DNA of 25,334 nt from a virus (lineage: Duplodnaviria > Caudoviricetes): the IMG/VR virus record IMGVR_UViG_3300008261_000144, positions 1-25,334 of that record; one strand, written 5' to 3'. Both the position numbers and the translations under genes were made by a program. Below are positions 10,301-17,451 of the stretch, piece by piece. The notes beneath the pieces were generated by a model. That model had not been told where the DNA came from and did not search any database. It was given only the letters and a program-made list of their open reading frames with translations. Within the stretch, counting starts at the first letter, position 1, and each line of letters starts with the position of its first letter.

Positions 10301-13300
10301 CTTTCATTGCTAACTTAGCAGCAGTAAAAATTTTCTGAGCTATAGGTGTAGTTTGTTGAGATCTTAATTGTTCAACATTTTCTTCAGTAACTAAATTTTG
10401 TTGTGTTACTTCTGATCCTTTTGTTGTGTAAGATTGGTTTCGTTCTTTGGCTTTTTGTATGACATCACGAATGCTTTCCCATCTGCCTTGCTGTACTGCA
10501 TTTCTTTCAATCTGTTCAAGGATTTCTGACCTTCTGATAGAATCGATGAATTCTGATTGGACTGCTGATTTTGATTCTGAAGTGATTGTTCCGCCATATT
10601 CTAAATATTTATCTACAAATGTAGCATATTTTTCGTCAAAATTACTAACTGGATAGTCAAAAATATTAAAAAACATTATTTTATTTCCAGACATAGTAAA
10701 TCCATCTTGACTAAATCCTGCATCCTCAGCAGCTTTTAATGCTGCTTCTTGATTATCAATACCAATATCAAACCTATCAGCATTATGTTCATTTGTTTGT
10801 GGATCAACAGTTCTACCAGCAATTGTTGAATCTTGAACTTCTGGAGCTATCGCACCATAAACAGCAGCAAAATCTACAATGCTATTCCAATCTCCTGTTA
10901 CGTTTACAACTGTAGATACTTCAGATGTTCCTTCATATCCACCAATTGTATCTTCAATATTGTCAACTTGTATACCAAATCTTTGAGCAGTATCAGACAT
11001 ATCTTTTTTATAGTTCTGATACATTTCAGATTGTCTTATTGACTCAGCCTCTTGAACATTTGTAACCTTGGTATCAAATAAAGGAGCAATATTTATTTGT
11101 GCTGTTATTTGCTCTTTTTTACCTTCTTCGGCAGCGACTTTAGGTTCTGCTTGGGGTTCTCCTTGCGCCATTTCTCCGCCAACTGCGGTTTCTGGCTGTA
11201 CAGGAATTTCACCTGCTGTTTCGACTTGAACGGCATTTTCACTTATTGTTTTTAGTTCATTATTAATCTCATTAATCCTATTTGATATGGGAGTAACAAG
11301 AGCAGGGTCTTTCCCTTCCATTTGCTTACGCAAATTTTCTCTTTCGTTTATTAATTTAAAAGATGTATATCTATCATCATTTGATAAATTATCTGGTATT
11401 TGTCTTAGGACACCTTCAGATTCTTTCAATGAATTAAGTTCTGCCTGTCCTTGATCTTTCGTTATTTCACCTGATAAAATTCTATCTTTTATATTGAGAA
11501 CAAATAAATCTTTAATGTCTTTATTGTTTATAGTATTCTCAATATTGCTTAATTGATATTTATCTAACTGCTGCTTTGCAGTTAATGTAGCTTGAGTAAT
11601 TGATTGCATTCCAGCACCACCCAACAAACCAAGTAACCCAGCTTTGTTTGCTCTTTCAAATACTTCACCAAATGTTTTTGGATTTTCAAAGTATTTCTTT
11701 CCTTTTACTTGATTTAATAATTCTTTAGCACCTATTTCAGTTAGCTCTTGACCTGCCTCAGTAGAATATTCTATTAAACCAGCACCAGTGATTTTTAATA
11801 CTTTATTTGCTATTAATCCTTTTATTTCTTTTTCTACAGCATTATCAATCATCTCTGCTGTTGCATCGCTAGCTAGATTTTTTAGTGATTTAGAAAAAAC
11901 ATAATTTATTATCTTGTTATTTACTGGAGACTTGCTAAACATTTTAGTTAATCCGTACTTCTCTAGCAATGAAGTAATAGCTCCTACAGATCCAGCAAGT
12001 AGCATCTTTTCACCTTCAGATACATCTTTAAATTCAGGACCATTCATTTGATCTCTAAAATTTGTATAAGAAGATGCATATAATCCAAGTGTAGATCCAA
12101 CAGGACCACCAGTCATAGCACCTGCTAATGCTGCACCTCCAGAGTTAGCTAAACCAAAAACAACTTGCTCAAATGCATTTCTTTTTTCAGATGATAAGTA
12201 TTCTTCACTAAAAGATTCAGGTGCAAATTGAGATGTTATAATTCCCTTTGCAGATCCTCTTGCATATTCATCTCCTTCAACAATAATTCTAGCTGCTTGC
12301 TCAAAACCTTGGACAAATGAAAACGCAGTTCCTGATAAAATATTTCCCCTTTCTGATTCAACTATAAAAGCATTACCTGCTATATTTTTTACATCAGATT
12401 GCTCATTAGATATGTTTCTGTAGTCGTCTTTAAGTGACTTTATATTGTTATCAATTTCTTCCTTTCTTTTATTTATTTTAGGTAGGTAGTTGACATTATA
12501 ATCTTCTTCTGTTATTAAACCTTTTTTAAATGACTCATTTACGTCTTGCTCATATTTATTTAATTCAGAAGCTTCTCTTTTTATATCTTCTTTCTTTAAA
12601 ATAGTTTTAGTTATATTGTCATTTATTCTGTCTATTTCATATTTATCAAAAGCAGCAGCTGATCTATACTTATCTTTTGACATATAGTCAAGCTTCTTCT
12701 CTCTTTCTTTATCAAGTTGAGGTAACAACTCATCAAGTTCTTTTTGAAGAAATATTACATTGTATGGATTTGTTTTCTTTTCAGATTCAATTCTATCTCT
12801 TAGATCATTTACTTGTTTTTGTTTTTTGATGTACTCATCATTAACTATATTTACTTCTAAGAAACCCTTAAGTAATTTTGCTTCTTCGTTATCTCTATCA
12901 GTTGTCCAGTTGTCAAGATTAATAAATTTACTTTCGCCAGTTACATTATTTTTAATCTTTATACCATCATAACCTCTTCCAGCAGGTTCTATTTCAAGGT
13001 ATTCGTATTTCTTTAACTTACCTTGTAATTTTGATATTACCTCATCTTCGTTTGAACCTACTAAGTCAGTAGTAACAGTATTTAATATATCGTTGAGATC
13101 ATTTTCTTTTTGAACTTTCTCAACATCTTCTTGATATTTACCACTTTTAACATATTCAAAGTGAGCCTTCTCAAATTCTTTCTCTTGTTCTTTATCAGCT
13201 ATATTAAATAATTTACCATCAGCAATAGCTGGTTTAAATTGTTTTAATTCTGGAGCTTTTTTAGCTATTTCTTTTTGCCTTAACTCTTCTTCTTTTTTTA

Positions 13301-13844
13301 CTTTTTCTGGAGTTATATTATAAGCTTTTTCAATTTGTTTTTGATTAGCTAATTCATAGTTTGGTTGTACTGGATTGCCGTTAATATCAGCAATCATCTT
13401 TGCATTTTTATTTAGGTAGTCATATCTATACTTGACATTTCCAGATTTTATTTCTTTATAATCGCCAGCACCTGTTACATCTTTATACCAAACACCTGAA
13501 ACTTTTTTATAGTTTTGATTATTTTCTGGATTTGAATAAATACCATCATCTGGAGATGAATATTCCGAACGCTTCTTTCGAACCATTTCTTGTGTAACCG
13601 ATGAAACAGCTCCATTTTTTGGTGTTGATTGTGAAACCTCTTTTTTTTTTACTAAACCTAATCGATTTACAAAAACATTATAATCTTTAGGAGCATCAAA
13701 ACCATTATTCAATAAATATGAGTGATATTTTTTAGCGTTATTCTCATCGCTTAAAGCGTTAGCAAATGCATCATAATTTGGTGCAACATCAGCATTATTT
13801 GCTTTTAAATAATCGTAATACTTCTTTAAATTATCGTTAGGCAT
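4311..13844 (-). CDS. Giant polyvalent internal virion/DNA-ejection protein (3177 aa) with zincin metallopeptidase and ART-like domains
   Basis: Last gene of the ejection cluster; Gly/Ala hydrophobic segments near 11600-12170; HEAMHH (10131-10148) plus downstream EEYLAE; ART-like VFFH...AMYYT...YIVKIP (about 8600-8830); helical C-terminal region. Confidence 0.8.
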   Translation of the reverse strand: MPNDNLKKYYDYLKANNADVAPNYDAFANALSDENNAKKYHSYLLNNGFDAPKDYNVFVNRLGLVKKKEVSQSTPKNGAVSSVTQEMVRKKRSEYSSPDDGIYSNPENNQNYKKVSGVWYKDVTGAGDYKEIKSGNVKYRYDYLNKNAKMIADINGNPVQPNYELANQKQIEKAYNITPEKVKKEEELRQKEIAKKAPELKQFKPAIADGKLFNIADKEQEKEFEKAHFEYVKSGKYQEDVEKVQKENDLNDILNTVTTDLVGSNEDEVISKLQGKLKKYEYLEIEPAGRGYDGIKIKNNVTGESKFINLDNWTTDRDNEEAKLLKGFLEVNIVNDEYIKKQKQVNDLRDRIESEKKTNPYNVIFLQKELDELLPQLDKEREKKLDYMSKDKYRSAAAFDKYEIDRINDNITKTILKKEDIKREASELNKYEQDVNESFKKGLITEEDYNVNYLPKINKRKEEIDNNIKSLKDDYRNISNEQSDVKNIAGNAFIVESERGNILSGTAFSFVQGFEQAARIIVEGDEYARGSAKGIITSQFAPESFSEEYLSSEKRNAFEQVVFGLANSGGAALAGAMTGGPVGSTLGLYASSYTNFRDQMNGPEFKDVSEGEKMLLAGSVGAITSLLEKYGLTKMFSKSPVNNKIINYVFSKSLKNLASDATAEMIDNAVEKEIKGLIANKVLKITGAGLIEYSTEAGQELTEIGAKELLNQVKGKKYFENPKTFGEVFERANKAGLLGLLGGAGMQSITQATLTAKQQLDKYQLSNIENTINNKDIKDLFVLNIKDRILSGEITKDQGQAELNSLKESEGVLRQIPDNLSNDDRYTSFKLINERENLRKQMEGKDPALVTPISNRINEINNELKTISENAVQVETAGEIPVQPETAVGGEMAQGEPQAEPKVAAEEGKKEQITAQINIAPLFDTKVTNVQEAESIRQSEMYQNYKKDMSDTAQRFGIQVDNIEDTIGGYEGTSEVSTVVNVTGDWNSIVDFAAVYGAIAPEVQDSTIAGRTVDPQTNEHNADRFDIGIDNQEAALKAAEDAGFSQDGFTMSGNKIMFFNIFDYPVSNFDEKYATFVDKYLEYGGTITSESKSAVQSEFIDSIRRSEILEQIERNAVQQGRWESIRDVIQKAKERNQSYTTKGSEVTQQNLVTEENVEQLRSQQTTPIAQKIFTAAKLAMKALPGVKIYIHNTTQDFDQGIGEKSNEGDRGAYVDGEIHINLENGADVVTMLHEAMHHALTVKGIESGAMIDLANGLKSVISDKGLKQRLDSFTSNYDGSEQAEEYLAELGGIMAEAQQELTTTKFQQFKNLINKLAKKLGLPTIFSSAANAKNAVDFINSLTKGISTGQNIVTEGIQSKIIPTEKVKKQVEVKDKYNLSYVKKSDLIDLRLLIEDIANKNQNVWFWVADQLGRGFVDDNIINGKHYLDAGPSFALDPENRNKNIIWASGVNLKTLDNKIKDSDYIFIISGSPQKSKLFNRTVSNFVKNRIEQSIEFNKFKSSILESNPTKDIKTILEKYNNYNDLFNGSDRKQFLIAISEQEKKSTKTKKLLESYNAFVDYDSLRDDFYRDNNFEIGDIMLVLKPESIGGKSNHSTYENNIIGEVVGVPDVIINSYDILPEDIRSKYQEDISRVQQQQVVAPYGMGIRKVKKQKITPENSSNYANLTEDDKGNFVFFHIGEKNYDVIKRSSGASLKTSSTEGSAIGRVGGVAMYYTRPSDGERMVTGPSRYIVKIPKDEVYDFNSDPLKLIDEAEKRFNEEFPGLAFTPNDQLAYITKIADENGYGMTVAQWGDRTRAQTVQEYKPDDVEITEGSRIVKPFDEKYISNTEKGFVSVIPESKSKKINDLYDKIYKIRNSEGKYDDLYRIQEESSKMTQDQITDMIMNSDLPKSIKDEYQEILSYKPEKRRSIKKQKSSIQKQEAIQKAKDKYTLSVEQRGNPHKQGVDAALNDLRKSDWYKTTDDTQRENAERELKLFFGEKLKKAPSVAKVLGKPKAKQVSVNEMSALKDQIRLEAKAAREAKGDLNTKRKSLAAAISSMVKTGKIKAAQAGVIIKRISNLNLDNPVLVERFVDYASKVFDRADYQERLDNAFKLRKAIRKALKTENQAEVVGMAKDFAKIDPSMVEDIDAYIAMAEKVVNAVKPSRVKGLDVVMKEAANIAEVSEYTNNEIKRQENVLKDEILAVYNSLVSDGVISKDMSLKEMQDIINSLNDPTTKMDSVEKERYIKSFLDGKLNLMKPILETIVRTKIDPFTGEELDIDNNAIELMKKVMDIDIADMSVRDAIKVVEAIDNFLNNNITSGLEAVVSNYEGVKNVNKLVNKGIKARPIKLLLNKTIGRFYSDELYSLPLLMEKLFNGVRNATKIMEMAGLSKLINGVNKANNQHNKILDDYSKQDFYNSKGFMDAKNVYERGMLAFLNRNLIGTEAEMKAELNRRIDMIKQSIQTLIENGDSKEVKMGEMYQEIFDKLNVNEGDIDVINSSASKSNREAVNWWINQWAKSYKELSDISLSVYNTQLGSDLNYTPDRYKKLSGESVQFDSDLIERNGAFSISIDYTDKNKTGVLMETTRPKVIPDDRYVSLDFDTNNSNSLQAALVDINTASAIRQVDGFVNSKGFKKLFTESDDRVLITRRINNYIRRAKGKKIAPRDTWDSVNKLTNFITSIGVGKALGGLNQAVMQTVPVIANTVINAGRFITVNSEMNDWINRTGAPISNRGLESQSTVESIDSRIDKKGETFDNALKNVAKLNQWYLKQFLSKPDVWVARSSFISYYIQDLKNRGISTDIDWNTHEADMDAVNYAQMMVDRQQNISDPMLAGEFLASEDSFRKIARKVVLPFASFILNQKARMYNDITTLYSKTATTEDKITAARSLGGLSVELATYQLIGFGIRRLYDIIAASLMGDDEDEEAKKKKMINATKYPIKSIVNDIVSPLPITDDLVTYGLNKALAEIPMLDEADIKKAVEDKNKALVLNGKEEMNDREKEAFIENLKKESEYQVFTDDFNGRKYGMIGIAGDTYKELIDISKLATTGEFEDEYQGRISKKYINEKDRKIVGYTIAPMVLYSMGVLPKDVGQISRNVVNRVKKRGITENQYNRITDVEKEIGRKVSGWESDLIKQKKEASTAIDELDFIDRNGGLTESQGKEYVKLLKTISQPTLSDIDRIKAGQTVDQILK
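8883..8897. repeat. 15-bp direct repeat copy 1 (TTGTTTTTTAACTTT; encodes KVKKQ on - strand)
   Basis: Identical to 9735-9749; 852-bp in-frame spacing. Confidence 0.6.
9735..9749. repeat. 15-bp direct repeat copy 2 (encodes KVKKQ)
   Basis: Identical to 8883-8897. Confidence 0.6.
10406..10597 (-). CDS. Candidate nested +1-frame ORF (63 aa) inside the giant gene
   Basis: Same-strand ATG within TAT-GGC, A-rich leader with A at -3, 63 open codons, located in an inter-domain linker. Confidence 0.35.
   Translation of the reverse strand: MAEQSLQNQNQQSNQNSSILSEGQKSLNRLKEMQYSKADGKAFVMSYKKPKNETNLTQQKDQK
11105..11236 (-). CDS. Nested (overprinted) +1-frame small basic protein, 43 aa, MPFKS family
   Basis: Hand-translated MPFKSKQQVKFLYSQKPQLAEKWRKENPKQNLKSLPKKVKKSK*; leader AAAAACAATAAGTGAAA-ATG; local GC-rich codon anomaly; resembles, from recall, standalone MPFKSxxQ small phage proteins. 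Confidence 0.7.
   Translation of the reverse strand: MPFKSKQQVKFLYSQKPQLAEKWRKENPKQNLKSLPKKVKKSK
13546..13650 (-). other. Candidate slippage/-1 frameshift site (A10) with 31-codon alternative-frame tail
   Basis: GTA AAA AAA AAA GAG at codons 65-69; -1 frame reads RGFTINTKKWSCFIGYTRNGSKEAFGIFISR* ending at TGA 13548-13546. Confidence 0.45.
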
Positions 13845-13860
13845 GTTTATATATTTTTAA

Positions 13861-15327
13861 TTACCACTGAATACCAGAACTTCCTTTTTTATTGCTACTT
13901 GATTGACCTGATTTAGCCATTTTCCTAGCATTTTCCCAATTTAATGATACTTCTGCTGGTTCTCCATTATATACAAATTGAGCTAAATCTTTTGGTGTCT
14001 TAGCAAAAAAGACAACATCTCTACCCTTAGAAACTTCAATTCCTCCATTCTTAGGTGTATATGTATAACCTTGTTTTAAACCACCAAAATCAGGTCCACT
14101 AGATGATTTTACCCAACTACCACTTGATATTGTTGCATCAGGATCAGCACCCCAAGCTCTTAATGTGGCTTTATATCCAGCTATCAAAGCTGCATTTTCT
14201 TGACTTTTATCTTCGTTTTTTCGGCCTCCGCCTCCACCTCCACCTCCGCCTCCTCTATCAGGCTCATCTAGTTCAACCTTTCTTTCTAGTCTTGAGTCAA
14301 TAGCGTCCAATACAGTTTGCTTTGCATCTTCAATTTGTTTATTTGTCAAATTTGGCTGATAAACACCTTGATCATCTTGAGCAAGCAATATAAACTTTTC
14401 TTTCTCAGATTCAATAAACTTATCTAAAGCATAACCATCTAAAGCAGGTTTTCCAAGTTGTTTGTTAAGTTCATTTTCTTTAGATACTCTGTCTTGAAGT
14501 TTTGAATTTAAATCATCATTATTATAATAAAAATCGTAATTTCCGTCAGTATTGTCTTTTAGAATACTAGTTATAGCTCTAGGATTGCTTAATATACCAT
14601 TAGCCAAATCAAGTCTTGCTCTTTGTATAGCAGGATTTTGCAATGCGTCTGTTATAGTCTTATTACCTAATTCAATAGTCCAATCTTCCCAACCTTTTGT
14701 TTTCTCGTCGACAATAGTTGATAAATCAACTTTATTATCAATCATATTTCCTGGTTGAGATATAGATCTTAAATCCATTATAGTAGATGGGTCAAATAAA
14801 CCATCTTGACCTAGTTGACCAATGATAAAGTTACCATTGTTAGGATCTACTTGAGTTGCTTTATTTCTTAAATCTCCTAATTGAGAGAGTCTATTGTTCA
14901 GTTCTAACTCAAGACCTGAGCCTATACCTTCCTGTTGTCTTTTTAATGCTTCTTGCATTTGTTGGTCATAACTTTTTGCAGTATTAGCAAATGTGGACCA
15001 GCTATCCATCAAGTTGTTTATTCTATTTTTATACTCAAGAGGTGTAATTTGACCAGCTTTTAATAAACGATTCCATTCCATCATTGATTCTCTACCTTGA
15101 TTTGATCCAGATAGAATCAATTGATTTAATGTCTGACTTTTACCTAGTTCTGTATTTTGCAATATTTTACTATTATCATATTGCAATTTATCAAGTAGTT
15201 GTTTTTCAGCTTCTCTTGCAGCACCTATACCTTGTATAGTAGTAACTAAACCACCAGTAAGCTTTGCCCAATCTATTGGATTACTTGCTGGTATAAATCC
15301 TGTATATTCGTTGTATCTATTTGGCAT
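13861..15327 (-). CDS. Internal virion/ejection protein (488 aa) with Gly10 linker
   Basis: Position between the pilot-like and giant genes; helical Q/N/K-rich sequence; ten Gly codons at 14224-14253. Confidence 0.65.
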   Translation of the reverse strand: MPNRYNEYTGFIPASNPIDWAKLTGGLVTTIQGIGAAREAEKQLLDKLQYDNSKILQNTELGKSQTLNQLILSGSNQGRESMMEWNRLLKAGQITPLEYKNRINNLMDSWSTFANTAKSYDQQMQEALKRQQEGIGSGLELELNNRLSQLGDLRNKATQVDPNNGNFIIGQLGQDGLFDPSTIMDLRSISQPGNMIDNKVDLSTIVDEKTKGWEDWTIELGNKTITDALQNPAIQRARLDLANGILSNPRAITSILKDNTDGNYDFYYNNDDLNSKLQDRVSKENELNKQLGKPALDGYALDKFIESEKEKFILLAQDDQGVYQPNLTNKQIEDAKQTVLDAIDSRLERKVELDEPDRGGGGGGGGGGRKNEDKSQENAALIAGYKATLRAWGADPDATISSGSWVKSSSGPDFGGLKQGYTYTPKNGGIEVSKGRDVVFFAKTPKDLAQFVYNGEPAEVSLNWENARKMAKSGQSSSNKKGSSGIQW

Positions 15328-15338
15328 TTTTATTTATT

Positions 15339-16019
15339 TTATTCAGGAAGACCAGTCCACATATTATAATTCTGTGTAGTAGGTTGACCTTGATAAGCCA
15401 TAACACCACTACCAGGTTGTCCTGGTTTAGGTTTATCACCTACATTAAAATTAGTAGTGCTACCTGATTTCTTGTATAAGTTTAATGCGCCTGCTCCACT
15501 AGTTAATGCACTTCCTGCCGAACTAAACATACCTTCAATTGCAGCATTCTTTCTTTCTTCAGCAGCTTGTCTTTCATTTTGAGCACTTTGCATTTCATTT
15601 AATCCAATCATAAGATTACGTTCTTGCTGTCTAGCTTGAATACCTTGTTCTGCCTCAGCTTGTGCCATATCTCTTTGATACTGTGCTTGACCTGCCTGAG
15701 CAGCTAAATTTAAAGCTTGTTCGTTTCCAGCTTGAAGTACATTTCCTACTCCACCAATAACACCCTCAGCACCTGCACCCTGCAATGATTGCATTGCCTG
15801 TGTTGTTGCTTGAGCTTGTGATTGTTGCGCCAATTCAAATCCTAAAGTAGGAACTTGAACTTGCTTGAATGCGTTAAACTCCTTGATGTTTTTTAATTCA
15901 CCTGCCGCTTTAGCTGCCGCCTGTGATGCCGTTTTCATATCTTTATTGGCTTTGATAGCTTGAGCTGCACTCAAACCTAAACCACCTAAAGCTACTATCG
16001 TTCCTGTTACTGCTGCCAT
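15339..16019 (-). CDS. DNA ejection/pilot protein (P22 gp7/T7 gp14 analogue), 226 aa; start re-called at ATG 16019
   Basis: Hydrophobic N-terminus MAAVTGTIVALGGLGLSAA, Ala/Gln-rich coiled coil, Gly/Ala C-terminal segment; synteny. Confidence 0.7.
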   Translation of the reverse strand: MAAVTGTIVALGGLGLSAAQAIKANKDMKTASQAAAKAAGELKNIKEFNAFKQVQVPTLGFELAQQSQAQATTQAMQSLQGAGAEGVIGGVGNVLQAGNEQALNLAAQAGQAQYQRDMAQAEAEQGIQARQQERNLMIGLNEMQSAQNERQAAEERKNAAIEGMFSSAGSALTSGAGALNLYKKSGSTTNFNVGDKPKPGQPGSGVMAYQGQPTTQNYNMWTGLPE

Positions 16020-16020
16020 G

Positions 16021-16422
16021 TTATAATATTTTAACCATTTCTTGACAATTGCTATCTCCTTTAATAAAGCCACAATTGCTATATCTGTCAATTAGACTTT
16101 TACTCTTTAGTGATGTATAAATATATTTAAAATCACCTGCATCTTTAACTAATTCAATCAATACATTTATAAGAAATTCAAGAGCTTCATGCCTATCATT
16201 TTCTTTGTATTGAAAGTTAGATACTATAAATTCAATCCATGCTGCCTTTGAGTTCGTAAAGTAAACAAATCCAGCACATATCTCAACACCATCCTTAGAC
16301 ACCATTACCCCACCTGTACCATTCTCTGGTAACATATCAGCAGGAGGAGGAGTCCATCTCCAATCTCTCCACCACGATGACAATGTCTCATAGTCATTGC
16401 CATTCAATAGTCGAACTTCCAT
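16021..16422 (-). CDS. GNAT-fold protein in virion module (positional analogue of T7 gp13/P22 gp14)
   Basis: VRLL..D start, ICAGFVYF beta strand, YIYT...LIDRYSNCGF C-terminal GNAT pattern; lies between nozzle and ejection genes. Confidence 0.65.
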   Translation of the reverse strand: MEVRLLNGNDYETLSSWWRDWRWTPPPADMLPENGTGGVMVSKDGVEICAGFVYFTNSKAAWIEFIVSNFQYKENDRHEALEFLINVLIELVKDAGDFKYIYTSLKSKSLIDRYSNCGFIKGDSNCQEMVKIL

Positions 16423-16425
16423 ACA

Positions 16426-16433
16426 CAAATTTA
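16426..16433 (-). promoter_or_regulatory. -7 promoter box TAAATTTG overlapping the upstream stop codon
   Basis: CTG TAA ATTTG TGT ATG on - strand; 3 nt before ATG 16422. Confidence 0.5.
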
Positions 16434-17447
16434 CAGAAAACTTTTGAATACTGAAGAGCCTATAGCAAACAATTTTACTTCTTCAGTTAAATCATTAGAT
16501 AAATACACATTCATATAGTATCCACGAGCACCAAATGATTCAGCTTGGCTATTTTTTACAGATATCAAGAAGTCAGTTATTAGTGGTATACTTCCAACAC
16601 TTGTGTCTACAATTATCATATTTGATGATATTCCTACAATTGTTCCTACCAAAATTAAGTTACTTCCTGAATTTTTGTATAACTTATCTCCAATACTAAT
16701 GCTTGAGTCAACATTAAAAGAAAAGTTCAATTCAACAGCCGTTGGATCAGTTATGTCAATGCTATTTGCAGATCCTACCCCTTGAGTAGATAAGGCCTTA
16801 ACGTCAATAGTGTTGTCAAATCTTCTTATATAAGCAAACCATTGATTTTCTTTTTCTACAAAGTAAGTGTAGTCAATTGAACCTGCCGATATATTGGTAT
16901 ATATGTCAGCAGTCCAAGTGTGAGTACTGTTTAACGATAACGTATTAAATACTTTTACCTCTAAAGGTTGCTCATTGAATATCGTCCTTATTTTAGAACC
17001 ATACTGCTGACCATAGAAATTGTTTCTAGTTGTGTTCACGTTATGCTTCCAAAGCTCACCTTCTTTAAAAGTATAAAATGTGCTATTCATTTCAGTCATC
17101 CAGTCAGGCTGATAAGACCAAAATGAATTCCATCCTTCAGATACTTTTGAATATGTTACCGTTCTTTTTGGTTCACATTCTTCAGTACTAAATCCAGAGA
17201 AGTAAGTTGTATCAGACTCATTATCCCAATTTCCTATTGGACAATCTTCATCTTCAGCTAGCACCCATAAAAGTGACTCACCTAAAAATAAACACCACTT
17301 AATACCATCCCATGAAACAGTGAATTCATCTTCGTTATATATAAATTCATAGTAGTTCTTACTATTTATAATACCATTAGAAATAACCTCTGTAGATACA
17401 GGCTCACCACCAATTGGAATGTAGTTTATTTTTATGCAATCACACAT
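16431..17447 (-). CDS. Tail nozzle/stabilization protein, C-terminal part, with extra Cys-containing N-terminal domain
   Basis: TVTYS..GWNSFWSYQPDW..FYTFKEGELWKHN..RNNFYG..KVFNTL..FVEKENQWFAYI..ARGYY motifs, recalled as the C-terminal portion of crAss-like stabilization proteins. Confidence 0.7.
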   Translation of the reverse strand: MCDCIKINYIPIGGEPVSTEVISNGIINSKNYYEFIYNEDEFTVSWDGIKWCLFLGESLLWVLAEDEDCPIGNWDNESDTTYFSGFSTEECEPKRTVTYSKVSEGWNSFWSYQPDWMTEMNSTFYTFKEGELWKHNVNTTRNNFYGQQYGSKIRTIFNEQPLEVKVFNTLSLNSTHTWTADIYTNISAGSIDYTYFVEKENQWFAYIRRFDNTIDVKALSTQGVGSANSIDITDPTAVELNFSFNVDSSISIGDKLYKNSGSNLILVGTIVGISSNMIIVDTSVGSIPLITDFLISVKNSQAESFGARGYYMNVYLSNDLTEEVKLFAIGSSVFKSFL

Positions 17448-17451
17448 AGTA

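Noticed and set aside
4311-13844. Virion RNA polymerase or intein in the giant protein
   Set aside because: No convincing DxDxD catalytic loop (DIDIAD and DFDTN do not fit) and no intein splice or LAGLIDADG motifs seen.
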